A DNA stretch of 64,000 nucleotides, from the NCBI GenBank assembly GCA_965655095.1, contig OZ296648.1:110236001-110300000 (forward strand), read 5' to 3'. This document shows, piece after piece, positions 42,104-53,709 of the stretch. This DNA comes from Haplodiscus bocki (lineage: Eukaryota). The notes under the pieces are model-generated. The model searched no databases. It was given only the letters and a program-made list of their open reading frames with translations, and was not told the DNA's origin. Within the stretch, counting starts at the first letter, position 1. The number at the start of each line of letters is the position of its first letter. The translations under genes were made by a program, and so were the position numbers.

Positions 42104-44379
42104 CTGCTATGTGACTCCTTTTCGTGCTAGGAGTAATTTCAGCAATACGAACCGGTTTTGTTTCACTTTATGTGAATGGCTTTTTTGAGGCCGCTCACCT
42201 GTTTTTGCTCAGCGCTTTTTCAAGGAATTTTCCATTATTTTCGAATTAACCCCTCGTTGCAGGTTTGTTTATAGTATTATAGCTTTTGATAATACTGGCT
42301 ATTTTTGAAGCCTACCAGTTCTTACTGGTTTTGCGCTCACTCTTCCTGGGTTTACCTGATTTTTTTCGTCCTAACTAGGTCAAAAATCTACTCAGTAATT
42401 TGACCTAAATTTTCGTTTCTTTCAGGAACAAGAAAAACAATTTGGCGCACCAGGTCAGTCGATAGTCTAAAATTCAATCCTCGCGCCTCTTCAGAAGTCG
42501 GTCGTGATTGGCTGGCTGAGCGACAAGGAAAATGTTTTTTACTTCCTTTCATTTCTGTTGACCTTCGCTTCCCGTGAGAGTGAAAGTAGCAGATTGAATT
42601 ATTTTCCGATTTTGCATTGTAGGCCACATCTCCTTTTTTCGTTTTTAAGCTTGAGATTCGGTTTTCATTACATTCGTTTTCGATAATTTTTCACGATGAT
42701 AGACTATGCCGTTAATGCCTCGCATCCGTTTGAAAGCTATGGTTTTACACGTAGAAGAAGTCGAGTTCTCAAATGGTTCTGATGTATGGCCTTGAGTATG
42801 CCCTCCCAACTAACTTTTTTTTGAGCCGAGCACAGGTTTTACCGTTTATTGTCGACGCTCCTCTTTCGAGCAGCAGAGTGGCTCACCAAATACCAAATTC
42901 CAAAATTCCTAATTTTATTTTCACGATTTTTTTCTACAAAAATGAAATTGCCTAAAGACGTTGTAATTGGCAAATGTTGTCCCATTGCGATGGCTGACCA
43001 GTGAAAACGACGACTGAGGAGGAGAGACCCGACGCTACTGTTTTACGTTAAAGGCAGCACGAGAAAATTGTCAGCAGCAATCAGATTTGGAAAAATTGTT
43101 ATGTTTGTTCTGACGCATACAGCAAAGTACAAGCACGATTTGGAGTGAGACCTGACAATTATGACGGAGACTGTTTGGTTCATCTTTCACCTATCGTGAG
43201 AAATACATCGTATTTTTCCACAACTTGTCCGATTGGTTTCTCCGCTGGACGTGACTGATCTGTCGGTGTTTATTGAAAGCTCTACTGCAACGGAAACGTT
43301 GATGCTTGGCCCAATTCAGTTCATTAACTCAGACTGCGACCCTAAATGTAAAAACCACTACACTAATGATTCTGATTTGATCAGAATCCAGAGAAGAAAA
43401 CTGACACCTGGCAACGAAATTAATACTTTTTTGATTTTGAGATATGCCTCAATTTTCAACTCTTCCAAACCTAGAAATCCAGTTCTGGAGGCACAAACAG
43501 ACTATCAGAACCTTGACGCTCTTATTACTGCTTGTTTTGTGGAAGATCAAGGTTTGACTCCTCTCCAATTGGATTCTTGTACTGAAGGAGAACCGTTGCA
43601 AAAGCCCAAAAAAACGAACTCAAAAACGTCGACGGGAGTCTAAACTTGCGTCATTGAAGTTTTACGAGAACCTGACCAACGATGCGAATGCTGAATTTGA
43701 TTTCGTGGAGTGCCGAATTGTTTTTTTCTTATCTGATCAAGAATTACCATTGGGACGGGCCTCGTTTAGTTCCTCTCCATCAGATTTGAGAGACCAGAGA
43801 ACAGTTTAGGAGTTATCTTCGAGTGAATCATCGATTGAGAAGCTGCTCTCACAAAAAATGCTACAAAATGATTCTGGTTCAAGCGATGATATCCCAATTC
43901 CTCACCGAAGGACATCTTCACCTGTAAAGAATGATCTGCTCTCCAGTCCCCATTTCAATGATTATCTTTTTCATTACAGGGAAACAGAATGGTGGAAGTT
44001 GCAAACTCATTTTGTCAGGAAAACAAATTCTTACTTTTATACGCTGGAGCGTCTCTCAGCTCCACCAATTCTCTTGCAGCCCTTGAGGGTTTACGTTCCA
44101 TCTGAGTAATGTGGCAGCGCAAATTTTGCTTTCATTGAAAAAAGGTTGATTCGAAGGCCAAAATAGTTGACTCGCCCGCGTGTTTATGTGTACAAAATGA
44201 AGAGACAATTCAATGATAGAATTAGGGTAATGGAGGCTACCTAAGGGGGTTTTTTTGTGTTCTCAATTTCTCACAGCTTTCGCTACATCTAGACCAGTGT
44301 AACCGGTCTGAAATGGTTGAATATACCGTAGAAAGGCAGCTACAGTGAAAGTTCGATGAACCCGTGGAGACAGTTTCTG

Positions 44380-45780
44380 CGGCAGATGCTTCTAATTTAT
44401 ATTTGCAACTCAGTCTTGTTCTAGAAACAGGTGTTTCTAATGTCGACTCCGGTGATGATGAATTTCGTTCGTTTTAGTTAGCTATAGCCCAGTTACGCCC
44501 ACTTCTCAGAATGTAGAGATAGAGCATTGAATCAGCAGCGCTGTAAAATTGCAACTCTGAGCCGGATTGGAGTATGATTGTCCCGCCTCTCAGGGATGAA
44601 TTGCTTCTGGCTGTCCAAAATCAAGGCTCAAATATGACAGACCGGTTCCAAATCAGATTGAAAATTGTCTTCAACGCTGCAGATTTAATAGGTGAGTGCC
44701 ATTTTTTAAATATGTTTCAGCATAACAGTTTTCATGGATGCAACTATTAAACAGCTGATGGTGTTGCGATTGAAGAATCTCATAGCTACTATCCATTCCA
44801 TCAAACGTTCACTATTAGAACTGCTGATATTCAAAACACGTGGTGCTTGCAGAAATGCTTAGGAGCAGGTGAGAAACGTGGAACGTTTGCGGAGTGAAAG
44901 AAAAATCAGCCTTCGCTGACATGCTTGATGGCCTGCCTTTAACGGCTGGAATGGACTACATCCATTGTCTTCTTTTTGAAAAATGTCTAGACGTTCTCCG
45001 TTATTCCCTTGGAAGCATGGATCGACAACAGAACTCCAGCAAAGTATTGATTTTTTGCTTGCGCCGCGGGAAAGAAAAAGGATGCTTGTATAGTCCTTAA
45101 CTTGGAAGACATGGCAATTCTTCAAAGTAAAAGATTTCAACTACTCAATGTTTGTCGGACCTGTTGTTTTGCAAAAGTTTGCCAATGAACAACTTCAATC
45201 ACGCTATGAAATTCGTCAAGGCAAAACGATTGCTCTTAGAATCTTGGCACGAAGATGAACTCTTGGAAGTCGACGCTTCCTTGAAGCACTTTTGAGAGAA
45301 TACAGTGTATACGTTTGACTCCGGAAAAAAGAAACTATCAATGTGCACATACTGAAACATCCTGTGTCACGATGTAGGGATTTCGGTACGTTGTTGGTTT
45401 TTCCAGAGAAAGCTTTTGAAGCTGCTAATAAAACGTTTGGTAGGATTGCAAATGGAATCTTGCGTTCCCTGTCCGATTATATGTCGCTGGTTTATTCAAA
45501 AATAGGAACTTTTGAAAACAAAAATGGAAGGAGACAACTCTGCGAGACACCACCACCAAAGTTTGCGGTCAAGAGTAACCCCTACTTGGGAAGAAACAGA
45601 CAGACGATTCTATCGAAGGCCAGGAAGTTGTATCCTAGTGCATCTTATCTGTCGCCTGTCAGAGTCAATGGAGTTTTCCTGGGATCTGCATCTTGTCACA
45701 GTAATCTGAATGGGCCCAACAGCTACGTAAAACTCATGGCAAATGGTAAAACATCGTTTGGTCAGATAATTTTTTTATGA
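44380..45780 (+). mobile_element. Decayed EnSpm/CACTA-superfamily transposase
   Basis: Ordered motifs typical of animal EnSpm-like transposases: LKIVFNAADLIGECHFLNMFQHNSFHGCNY (~44658-44747; cf. DLPAxA..LNM.Q.NG..GC), GMDYIHCLL (~44948; cf. DYMH), FKVKDF..FVGPVVL (~45120; cf. FKASE), NVHILKHPVSRCRDFGTLLVFPEKAFE (~45340; cf. NVH.L.H....V...GPL...S.F.FE). Stops and frameshifts are present and termini were not identified. Upstream ORF 43233..43643 may belong to the same element. Confidence 0.8.
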
Positions 45781-47502
45781 ATGACGAAACTGTTGATACT
45801 TTGGTTTATCTCAAAGAATTCGATGAAGTCACGACATCAACCTTCCTGGTGGGTTTCATCATAAAAAGGAGAATAGTAAGCGTAAAATTAGAGTGAACGT
45901 TGAGCGGTTAGAGAAAATGTTCCACATTGAAGTTGATACTGAAAATAGTGAGGTGCTTTCATTAGCTTTTTGATTAAAATAATTAGATTTTTGTTGAAAT
46001 TACGTTTTCCGCAGACCTAGTAGATGCTTCCGTTTCCCATCGGTGGTCCATGGATGCATACATTCCGAGGCACAAGGATTTTTTAGGCGCATAGGCCGTT
46101 TTTGAGATTTTCATTTCCATCGATGGGCACCGGTCTCCCATGAAGTCTCAGTACGGAAAGGCATAGACTCCCAAACAGCTCCTAGCGCAGCTCAATGCTG
46201 TTAAAATGGCTCAATTATTATCTCTGTGATTTCATCTGAACAATATTATCATAGGTGAGGTCTGCACGTCTCCAGACCGATTGGGCACGCTTCATCAACG
46301 GTTCTGTGGAACACAATACTTGAATCATCGGAACAAAGAATTTACTTTCTGGAGGTCTTGCTGACCTGTACCAATTACTAACCTGTACCAATTACCTTCT
46401 GTCACAATCAAACCAGTTTGAGGCTCCCGCAAACCTTACAAAACGATACAAGTTAACTGGAGACAGTTCAAGTTTCTCGAACTGAGTAAAGGTTTGAGGC
46501 ATTAGAATCTTTTGCGGAGCTTTTGACACGAATTTGAGTTGTAAAGTACTGTCATCTCTTTAATCATTACTTCTGTCACAAACTGTCGACCAGGAGGTCT
46601 CCTCAAATGAACGTTTGGATCAAGAAGGTGCTCCAATAGCCACCACGTAACGGGTGTTAAACATGATTAAAACCTAGGCATCAAGGATGCTAGGCATTAA
46701 GCGCTGAGAATTTGGAGTAGTAGAAAAAGAATTCGAGCCGAATTCGGGAATATTGACGGATGGTTTTCAAAAATCAGAAAAAAAATCATGCTAAAAACTG
46801 ATTAATTTCAGAGATTTGACAAATGAATTAGGAAACAATTCAACAAACTGCATAAATTTTCGGCCACTCATGACCGATTGAAAACAAGGCAAGCAATAAA
46901 AATGAAAGAAAATAGCTCTCTACTTCACTCCTTTACCGCTCAGCCGGCCAGCATTCACAAAGATGTAAGGGCTTGAGCTTAACAGCCTAATGCTAAAGAA
47001 GTATGTTCGCTTCCATGAGAAAGTTTTGCCAGCCCGCAAACTAGTGAAAATAAACATGGATTTTCAAAGCTGGCATTGCTGCAGCTGATTACAGGCTCCT
47101 AATTGAATGCATACAATGAAAAAATTGTGCTGAGGATTGTGAACAAATGCATGAATAATCTATGTAGCAAATATGATAAGTATATTGCACTCATCTTACT
47201 TATTACTTATGTTACAACGAATTATTAATTTGGTTCCGCATTCATTTGGCGTTGTGAATGTGTGCCTAGAGATCGATTGATTCGCGCCGTCTGAAATGAA
47301 AATGACCAAGCGTATCAAGCCATTTTTTTTCTCAGCTTATCTGTTACTGAAAACAAAATACTGCGAACGTTAACAGCTCAACTAATACATTTGAAAGCAG
47401 AGGCGAAGCAGTGCTTCGTAACACTTGCGCAAACGGAATACAAGTAACAAACGCTATAATATTTCATCCGCTTGATATTTTAAATAAAACAATTATTCTC
47501 AA

Positions 47503-47573
47503 GCGGGAATGGCACAGTCAGTAGAGCATGCAGCTGCGGTGCGATAGGTCCTAGGTTTGACTCGAACTCTCCC
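47503..47573 (+). repeat. tRNA-derived (SINE-like) head, second copy
   Basis: gcgggaatggcacagtcagtagagcatgcagctgcggtgcgataggtcctaggtttgactcg has an A-box-like tggcacagtcag and a degenerate B box. It aligns nearly ungapped with 2409-2466. Confidence 0.55.
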
Positions 47574-47864
47574 TTCTCTTTGATCAAAATTTAGGAGCTT
47601 TTGCGAGTTGCGAACGGAATGAGAAGTCCGCAGAAGCCTGTGATATAATATTCCCTTGCGCAATTGTAAAAACGTAAACACCCTGCTGGCTCATTGCCTT
47701 CTTACACTTTTCGAACTTGCAAAAAGTAGAAGATCAAGGTTTCTCAGTTTTTGGCTGAACAAGGAATATTTAAAAAAGCAGAGCCGCCAGTAACGATAAG
47801 CATCAATCACCCCTTAGGGGATTTGATATAATTTCAGCTAGATTGTTCAAGCTAAAGCACTTAC

Positions 47865-48065
47865 TGGTCAATTCAACGCCCTGTTGAAACGATAGAGCTC
47901 CAACAGCTACCAAAGATGTGATTTCTCCAACATCAAAGCCTCCAGCCATTATCAGATTGTCGTGAATGAACGGCTTGTAAACACGGAGCAGTTCCATTTC
48001 TGCGAGGGAACTCACCAAAGCAGCTACTTGAGAATGCCTCGTCTGGTTTAGTAGCTCCTGAGGAC
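47865..48065 (-). CDS. MCAT: Internal exon (201 bp, phase 1/1) of an MCAT/FabD-like gene
   Basis: Acceptor ttttatag| and donor |gtaagt. Translation (G)PQELLNQTRHSQVAALVSSLAEMELLRVYKPFIHDNLIMAGGFDVGEITSLVAVGALSFQQGVELT aligns without gaps to the animal MCAT segment I recall (GPQETLDRTVHCQPAIFVASLAAVEKL...AAGFSVGEFAALVFAGAMEFAEG). No stops. Confidence 0.88.
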
Positions 48066-48159
48066 CTATAAAAGCAACTGTTTTGCAAACTTATCGTGTT
48101 AGTCAGTGTATTCGCATCATGATACACTGATCATCAAAACTGAATTCGAAAATTGTATA

Positions 48160-48541
48160 CACAGAAGCGAAGCCAACGGAATACTTGCGAACAAAGTGAA
48201 CAAGTATATCTGGTTTTTGAATGGGCCACGGTACCACGAAAACTACTGATTAAATAAATGTACAGAAATTTAATGAACTCAGTTAACTCATACATTTATA
48301 TACAAGTGTAAGAAGTACAAACGGCTATATGAGTCAATTCACTTTATATTTGAAAACAAGCACGCAAGATGGAGAACAGACCATGTGAACACATTATTGC
48401 AACAAAGCAAGAGCGCATGGACAAACTCTCGCAACATTAGAATGTCGAAAAAATGGAGGTTTGTGAGCAGAGCGGAAAATGACAGAACCCTGTGATACAA
48501 TTGCTTGCGCAAGTATACCGAGAGGCGAAGCAGAACTTCGC
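48160..48541 (+). repeat. Diverged dispersed repeat, copy A (homologous to 50355-50770)
   Basis: Shared colinear blocks with copy B, e.g. ccacggtac, acagaaatttaa, tcagttaa, atttatatacaagtg.aagaagta, gtgaaca.att.ttgcaac and cctg.gata. Confidence 0.7.
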
Positions 48542-49456
48542 ACAGCTGGCATAACAGGAGGATTTAACTTTTTTGAATACCAGAAACAAAATCACTGCAG
48601 GTTACATGAAAGTCAACCAAAAATGTCTTTCCGAAAATATCGAGACCTCTTCACTAAGCTTAGAGTTTGAGGTAAAAGGTAGTTTATCAAAAGATTTCGA
48701 GAAACTGGAAAAAATGAAGTAGCTCGACATTTGCTACACTGCTGTTTTCATCGACGAAAAATTCATCTCAATTCCTGACATTTTCGAGAAAAGTCAATAT
48801 CAGGGAATCTAAGATCAAACCACTACACGGCAAATGGGACAGCAAACCAAAAGTTGTCAGCGATACGAAAAAAAGCGGACAGGCCTTAAAGCTGGCAAAT
48901 CAAATTCCTCAAGTTTTACGGAAACTCGGAGCAGAACGACCCATCAATAGACAGGGGGAAAACGTGCCGAAATAATGAGATATTTCCCGATTGCCGAAAA
49001 GAACTAATCTCTAATTAAAATTCAAAAAAAAATAATGAAAACTAACGAAATTAGCTGATTTCCCAACTAAAAAAATGCCAAAACGACCATTTAATAGCAA
49101 AACATTCGGCGTAAAGAATATGATTTTAAAAAGGTACTCTCGTATTGGTTTTAAATGCACTTGTAGCTAAAAGCAGAATAAGAAGGCAAAAGAGCGCAAA
49201 AAATCGAAACAAGGGCATTGCCTGGTTCACATGGAACTACGGAAAATATCAAAGAACAAATTTGCAACTTCTTGCTCTATAAAGATAATATAGTGCTTCT
49301 GTGTCATATTGGTTGGGCATGTTTGCTGGACAGTTGATATGGGAGGCGAAAGGGGCGAAAAATCGCAATATCTTTTTTGGTATATTTTTATATCGTCAGA
49401 AACATCACTTAGGCAACTGGAAAACCTCAATAAGGAACAATTTTAGATATTTCTAT

Positions 49457-49801
49457 TATACCTGTATACATTTATGATTCTGTATTATTTCACTTTTGGA
49501 AAGCAGCTGGAAAGTTTACAAGGAAACTAAAATTGCGAAAATTTCGGTAAAATCTGTGAATCAGCTAGTTTTGGCCGACTTCAAAACATTCGGAGGCCAT
49601 TTTCTCACAAAACTTTCAACGATTCAAAAAACTGGTCAAAATTCAACGCTTTGTGTTGAATTATCCTGTTTGCGTAGCTCGAAGGATGATTCGATAGGCA
49701 GAAGAGTTAAAGTTGCCAAAACTACAGCAAAATTCAACTACTCTTGGGCATTAAAAACGAGAGAATTCGCAATTTATCCCGAAAAGTTTGTGCACAGTAT
49801 A
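49457..49801. mobile_element. Degenerate palindromic MITE-like element
   Basis: Roughly concentric inverted repeats: tatacctgtataca / tgtgcacagtata at the ends and tagttttggc (~49566) / gccaaaacta (~49715) inside. Confidence 0.4.
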
Positions 49802-50104
49802 CGTTGGTATTAATTCAGTCAAAATCTTCGCGAAAATAATGTCTTGGCAGCAAAAAATCGAAATTTACGGAAAAATGAACATATTTCAAACAGTCGAATC
49901 TTTAGCTCAACTTTCCAAATGATATAAGCTTTGAAATTTCATACGAACTCGAAATCTGGGCGCACATAGTCGTAACTGAGAAAAACTTTCATTTCCGAAA
50001 GAGCTTGCAAAAAATCCTCGATGCAGAAAACATCTCTCTCAATTGAGAAATTAGGCATTTTCTCTAAAAGTCGCAAAAATGAGAAAAAATGTCGATTAAA
50101 AAAA

Positions 50105-50180
50105 TGGTCAAGATTGGATTCGAACCCGGATGCTTGTAGTAATCCAGGGCAAATGGACATCGTCATTAGCCAGTATCACA
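50105..50180 (-). repeat. Pol III B-box-containing SINE/tRNA-like remnant
   Basis: Perfect B box GGGTTCGAATCC on the minus strand (50116-50127) with a weak upstream A-box-like tggctaatg. No cloverleaf. Confidence 0.35.
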
Positions 50181-50354
50181 AAAGATTTTTCCTGTCCTAA
50201 TAGAAGAAACGTTCGTCGCACTGCTCATTTGGTGCGAGTTGTAAAAGGAAAGGTCAAAAAACGCCCGCCCACCATAATACGTTGGTTGCCAGCTTAAAGA
50301 GTCCAAGTTCCAATCAGCTGAACAATTCCTTCAAGATTTTCTACCTTTTGTATG

Positions 50355-50770
50355 CATAGAGGCGAAGCTGTGCTGCGCGACAATTGAGCCAACGGGATAC
50401 TAGTGAATAAATTCAACAAGTATAACTGATTGAAGTTCCACGGTACTACAGAAACTACAGACAAAACAATTAAACAGAAATTTAAAAATTCAGTTAATTC
50501 TCATAAATTTATATACAAGTGCAAGAAGTAGGAAAGACATAGCAGTTACTTATCCTTAAATTTAATTAAAACAAGCGGCCACGCAGGAAAATACGCCACG
50601 TGAACAAATTTTTGCAACTGAACGAGAGCACATGAATGACTTGCAAAATTGAGAGCACATGAGCAAAATCTAGCCGACATAAGAATGCAGGCACAAATGC
50701 GTGTTGTGAATGGATCGGAAAAAAGTCAGCAGGAGCCTGCGATATAACACTTGCTTCCACGAGTGTAAAA
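50355..50770 (+). repeat. Diverged dispersed repeat, copy B
   Basis: Colinear similarity to 48160-48541. It begins with gcgaagc...cgggatactagtgaataa, and the actagtgaataaa motif also occurs at ~2306. Confidence 0.7.
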
Positions 50771-50867
50771 ACATTTTTCAATTCCTTTCCTGGAAAGGGG
50801 TGGGTCAAAGCTACAGTTGACAGCTGACAGTTGAACGATTCAATAATCATAAACATCCCTAACTAAC

Positions 50868-51211
50868 CATTCGAACAAATATCCGATAATCTGTACCCAA
50901 TTATTTCATCTGCTTCATCAAAAAGCTGTCGACTAGATGGATTCGTCAACACAGTGTCCACAAAACCAGGTTTCAAAGGCATCAAAGTTCCGGGAAACAA
51001 ATACACACTTTTAGATGCATAATCCCACTCTTGTTTCTGCGAAACTCTCCGACATTCATTTTCCTGTTCATCAAACAAATTGGGCGACGTGGACTCCAAA
51101 AAATTTCCTGACTCGTCCAAATTGACATCGTCGCTTTCATGCGGACTGTGTAACGATATCTGCGCATCATCAAGTAGTTGTTGAATATTCACTCCGTCTT
51201 TCTTCTCAAAT
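50868..51211 (-). CDS. MCAT: Exon (~344 bp) of the MCAT/FabD-like gene, N-terminal part of the mature domain
   Basis: Contains ORF 50863..51192: GVNIQQLLDDA (cf. MCAT GVAELLRDA) ... SVYLFPGTLMPLKPGFVDTVLTNPSSRQLFDEADEIIGYRLSDICSNG (cf. SVLLFPGQGSQVVGMGRGLLNYPRVRELYAAARRVLGYDLLELSLHG). The donor is firm. The acceptor catttag| at 51212 is the best guess, since an in-frame TGA lies just upstream. Confidence 0.85.
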
Positions 51212-51295
51212 CTAAATGATCAAGCTATAAGACAAAATATATTAATGAAATAACGAAAACGGTAACAACTCATAGCTCCGAACTTGAAATTGGCC

Positions 51296-51830
51296 TCATA
51301 GCTCCGAAATTCCAGCATTCGATGTTTCTATCGGCGCCTGGCAAGTAACTCCGAGTTATTCGTAGTAAATAATTTTACTCATTTCAATACGAAAGTTGTT
51401 GCACACATTAGAGAAAACAAAAGAAGGGCTTATAAAAGCACATTCACTATCTACACTGGCAGACACAATCGAAATGCTATTTCTCTATCGTATGAAAAAC
51501 TTTCATGAGACGAAAAGGAACACTGGATATTGAACCTAGTTTCTTCATACAAGAAACTGTTGGGAATGCTCAATGCTCGATGAAACTGAAGAGCACAACA
51601 ACCGGCTCATTCGCATTCAGACAGGAAAGAATTGCACAAAAATTAAGAGAAGGAAAAAATCATCAACAAGAGACAAGATAAATTTTTTTGAAAAAAAGCA
51701 AAAATGCAAGATCAAGAAATTTGGCTATTCATTGGAACTTTTGGTTCATCTATTATAATGCATTACTTTTTTGAGTAAATTTCACTTTTATATGAGAACA
51801 TATAGTGAAAATGGATTTTCGGAGCTATGA
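51296..51830. mobile_element. MITE-like element with 19-bp terminal inverted repeats
   Basis: tcatagctccgaaattcca (51296-51314) versus tggattttcggagctatga (51812-51830) is an 18/19 inverted match. An extra partial left copy lies at 51270-51282, and the interior is AT-rich and non-coding. Confidence 0.6.
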
Positions 51831-51858
51831 ATAATCACACTAGCACTACCAACCTTAC

Positions 51859-51984
51859 CGTTCGTAAAGTGAAGTAGGTGGATTGAAAGTGGAAGGACCG
51901 TCTGTGTAGAAGTCTGTAGTTGTTAGATACGTTTGCCGAAATGTATCGAAAAATCAGGTCAACTGTCACTCCTTTTGATAGCAT
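51859..51984 (-). CDS. Candidate 5' exon of the MCAT-like gene (mitochondrial-targeting-like peptide)
   Basis: ATG at 51984 gives MLSKGVTVDLIFRYISANVSNNYRLLHRRSFHFQSTYFTLRT (Arg/Ser-rich, one acidic residue), ending at a strong donor CG|gtaagg. In this frame the donor is phase 0, which does not match the phase-2 acceptor at 51211. A different frame or acceptor is needed, so the exact model is unresolved. Confidence 0.4.
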
Positions 51985-52845
51985 CTGTTTGCAAGCATAG
52001 CACCTACCGAACATATTGCTCTGAAATGGGAAAAATTCATAGGTCTGTCTGAAAGCCTTTTGTTTGCTACCGGATAGTTTTTACACGGAATTGCATACAG
52101 AAATTGAACTGAAAAATTCAAGTTTGCGTTATTTTTGCGTGATTCCAGAGCTTGCTCGATACTCCACCATTCGTCCAACGTTCCATAAGATTTACCTCTT
52201 GATATGTCATTTCGATAAGTGGCAAAATATTCACAAATCAACTACTTCAGTATGCTTGAAATAGACCAGGAAATTTAATTTCAGCTTCCAAGTGGGTGCC
52301 TATGGTACTGAATTTCCACATGTATTCCTTTCATACAAATCGACAAAAATTATAGAAGTTGCCAATTTTTTACATTCACTCCGCAATTTCGTACGAAAAC
52401 GAGCCACAAAAAGCCGCGTGCTCCGGTCATACCTTCACCACCAGAATTTTCCGCAGTTCTAAAACCCAAAAGTGGGAAACTACGAAGAGGATATAAAACT
52501 GGCCAACGTCAATTGTGGTCGAAACTTTCTTACTTTCGAAATTTTTCCACTGACTGAAAAGACATAAAAAATCCCTGTTACCAGGTTATTCGGTTTTCAT
52601 GGTCATATGATAAAATCTCCGATTTTTAAATACAGTCTAATGTATGTGTTCTAACTTCTAGTTTTGCCTCTTTTATGCCAGAGCGGGTTTTAGTATCTTC
52701 TGAATTTTCAGGTAGAATATGTCTTTGATGGATGCGAGGTGCCCTCGATTGGACTTGCTACAAGCTTGAAATCAACAGCTCGTCAAAGAAGAGATTTTGT
52801 TAGATAAAAAAGTCAACTTTTTTCAAGAGCGTTCAACTCTAGTTC

Positions 52846-53072
52846 TGTCGATAATTAACGAGTAGAGATTATTTAATAAAGCAATGATTTAACTAATGAT
52901 AAGCGGAAGTAGTTTATCTTGAATATAGCGCCGTTTAGACTCCCGAAAGTGCAAAGTTTAAGTTTTGTTCATGTTTCCTTTAGAGATAAGTTTTGACGGG
53001 CACATTCCTCAGAAAAGTCTATTCTGCTTTAGTTTACAACCTAACATGCACTGTTACACTACCCTCCTTTCT
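52846..53072 (-). repeat. Polypurine tract (53059-53072) and start of the 3' LTR (53058); the LTR's far end is uncertain
   Basis: The minus strand reads AGAAAGGAGGGTAG immediately followed by TGTAACA, downstream of env. A TATA-like ctatatt (~52925) and ATTAAA (~52875) follow. A possible ...CA end at 52846 cannot be confirmed without the 5' LTR. Confidence 0.6.
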
Positions 53073-53709
53073 GACACTTCGCCGCTGGTGCATCATTGTC
53101 AGGAAGAAGGCGAAGGAACGGAAGGGTCTCAGAAGCAGAAGAGGTATATACAGAATGGCAGAGTATAAATTGAAAGAAATCCAAAAAGTGCAATTCAATT
53201 CAAAATGTCTTCCAAGAGTTAAAGATACTTCCCATAAGAAAATCGTAATGAAAAATGAATATGCAGATTCCAGAAAAGTGTTCGTTGCATAGGCAACACA
53301 CAGTCGCCCAGTCCCAAGAAGCTTCTATTTTCTATAAATTTTACTGCACTACACTTATGAAAGTGAAAACGATTCCAGCAAATAAGCGTTTGAAAACGAT
53401 TATAATGATTTCAACCAGCTTGCCGAAAAACTTGATCTGGTTCCTTCTCCAACGATTCCAAAAGACCGATGCGGTGACAAAACTAATCTACTTTTCGCTC
53501 AAGGGACTTGCTGCACATTAGGCGTTGAAATTTCTCTTGAAGAATTTCCCAAAATTTTGAATATTCTCAACTACTGGCGCAGCCAATGGTGACTTCCTGA
53601 TATGAAGCTAGATTTGGGTTGGATAGCGCGCGGAGACTTTGCTCTGATTGAGCTCGACTGAGTGTTCGAACATTTGCCGAGTAGCCGGGTGCAGATACGT
53701 GTACTGGGA

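Larger units (their letters stand above)
48066..50867 (-). other. Phase-1 GT-AG intron (2802 bp) of the MCAT-like gene, filled with repeats
   Basis: Donor AATG|gttagt at 50867 and acceptor ttttatag|GTCCT at 48066. Splicing restores G|GT = Gly and gives ...DICSNGPQELL..., matching MCAT ...ELSLHGPQETL.... Confidence 0.85.

Noticed and set aside
46220-46660. Minus-strand frames PVTWWLLEHLL...RRPPGRQF and SARPPESKFFVPM... as MCAT C-terminal exons
   Set aside because: The resemblance to PVKW...ERKKGRGFP is only superficial. The first frame has no stop-free acceptor, a 17-bp tandem duplication (acctgtaccaattac twice) disrupts the region, and the intervening MCAT segment is absent.
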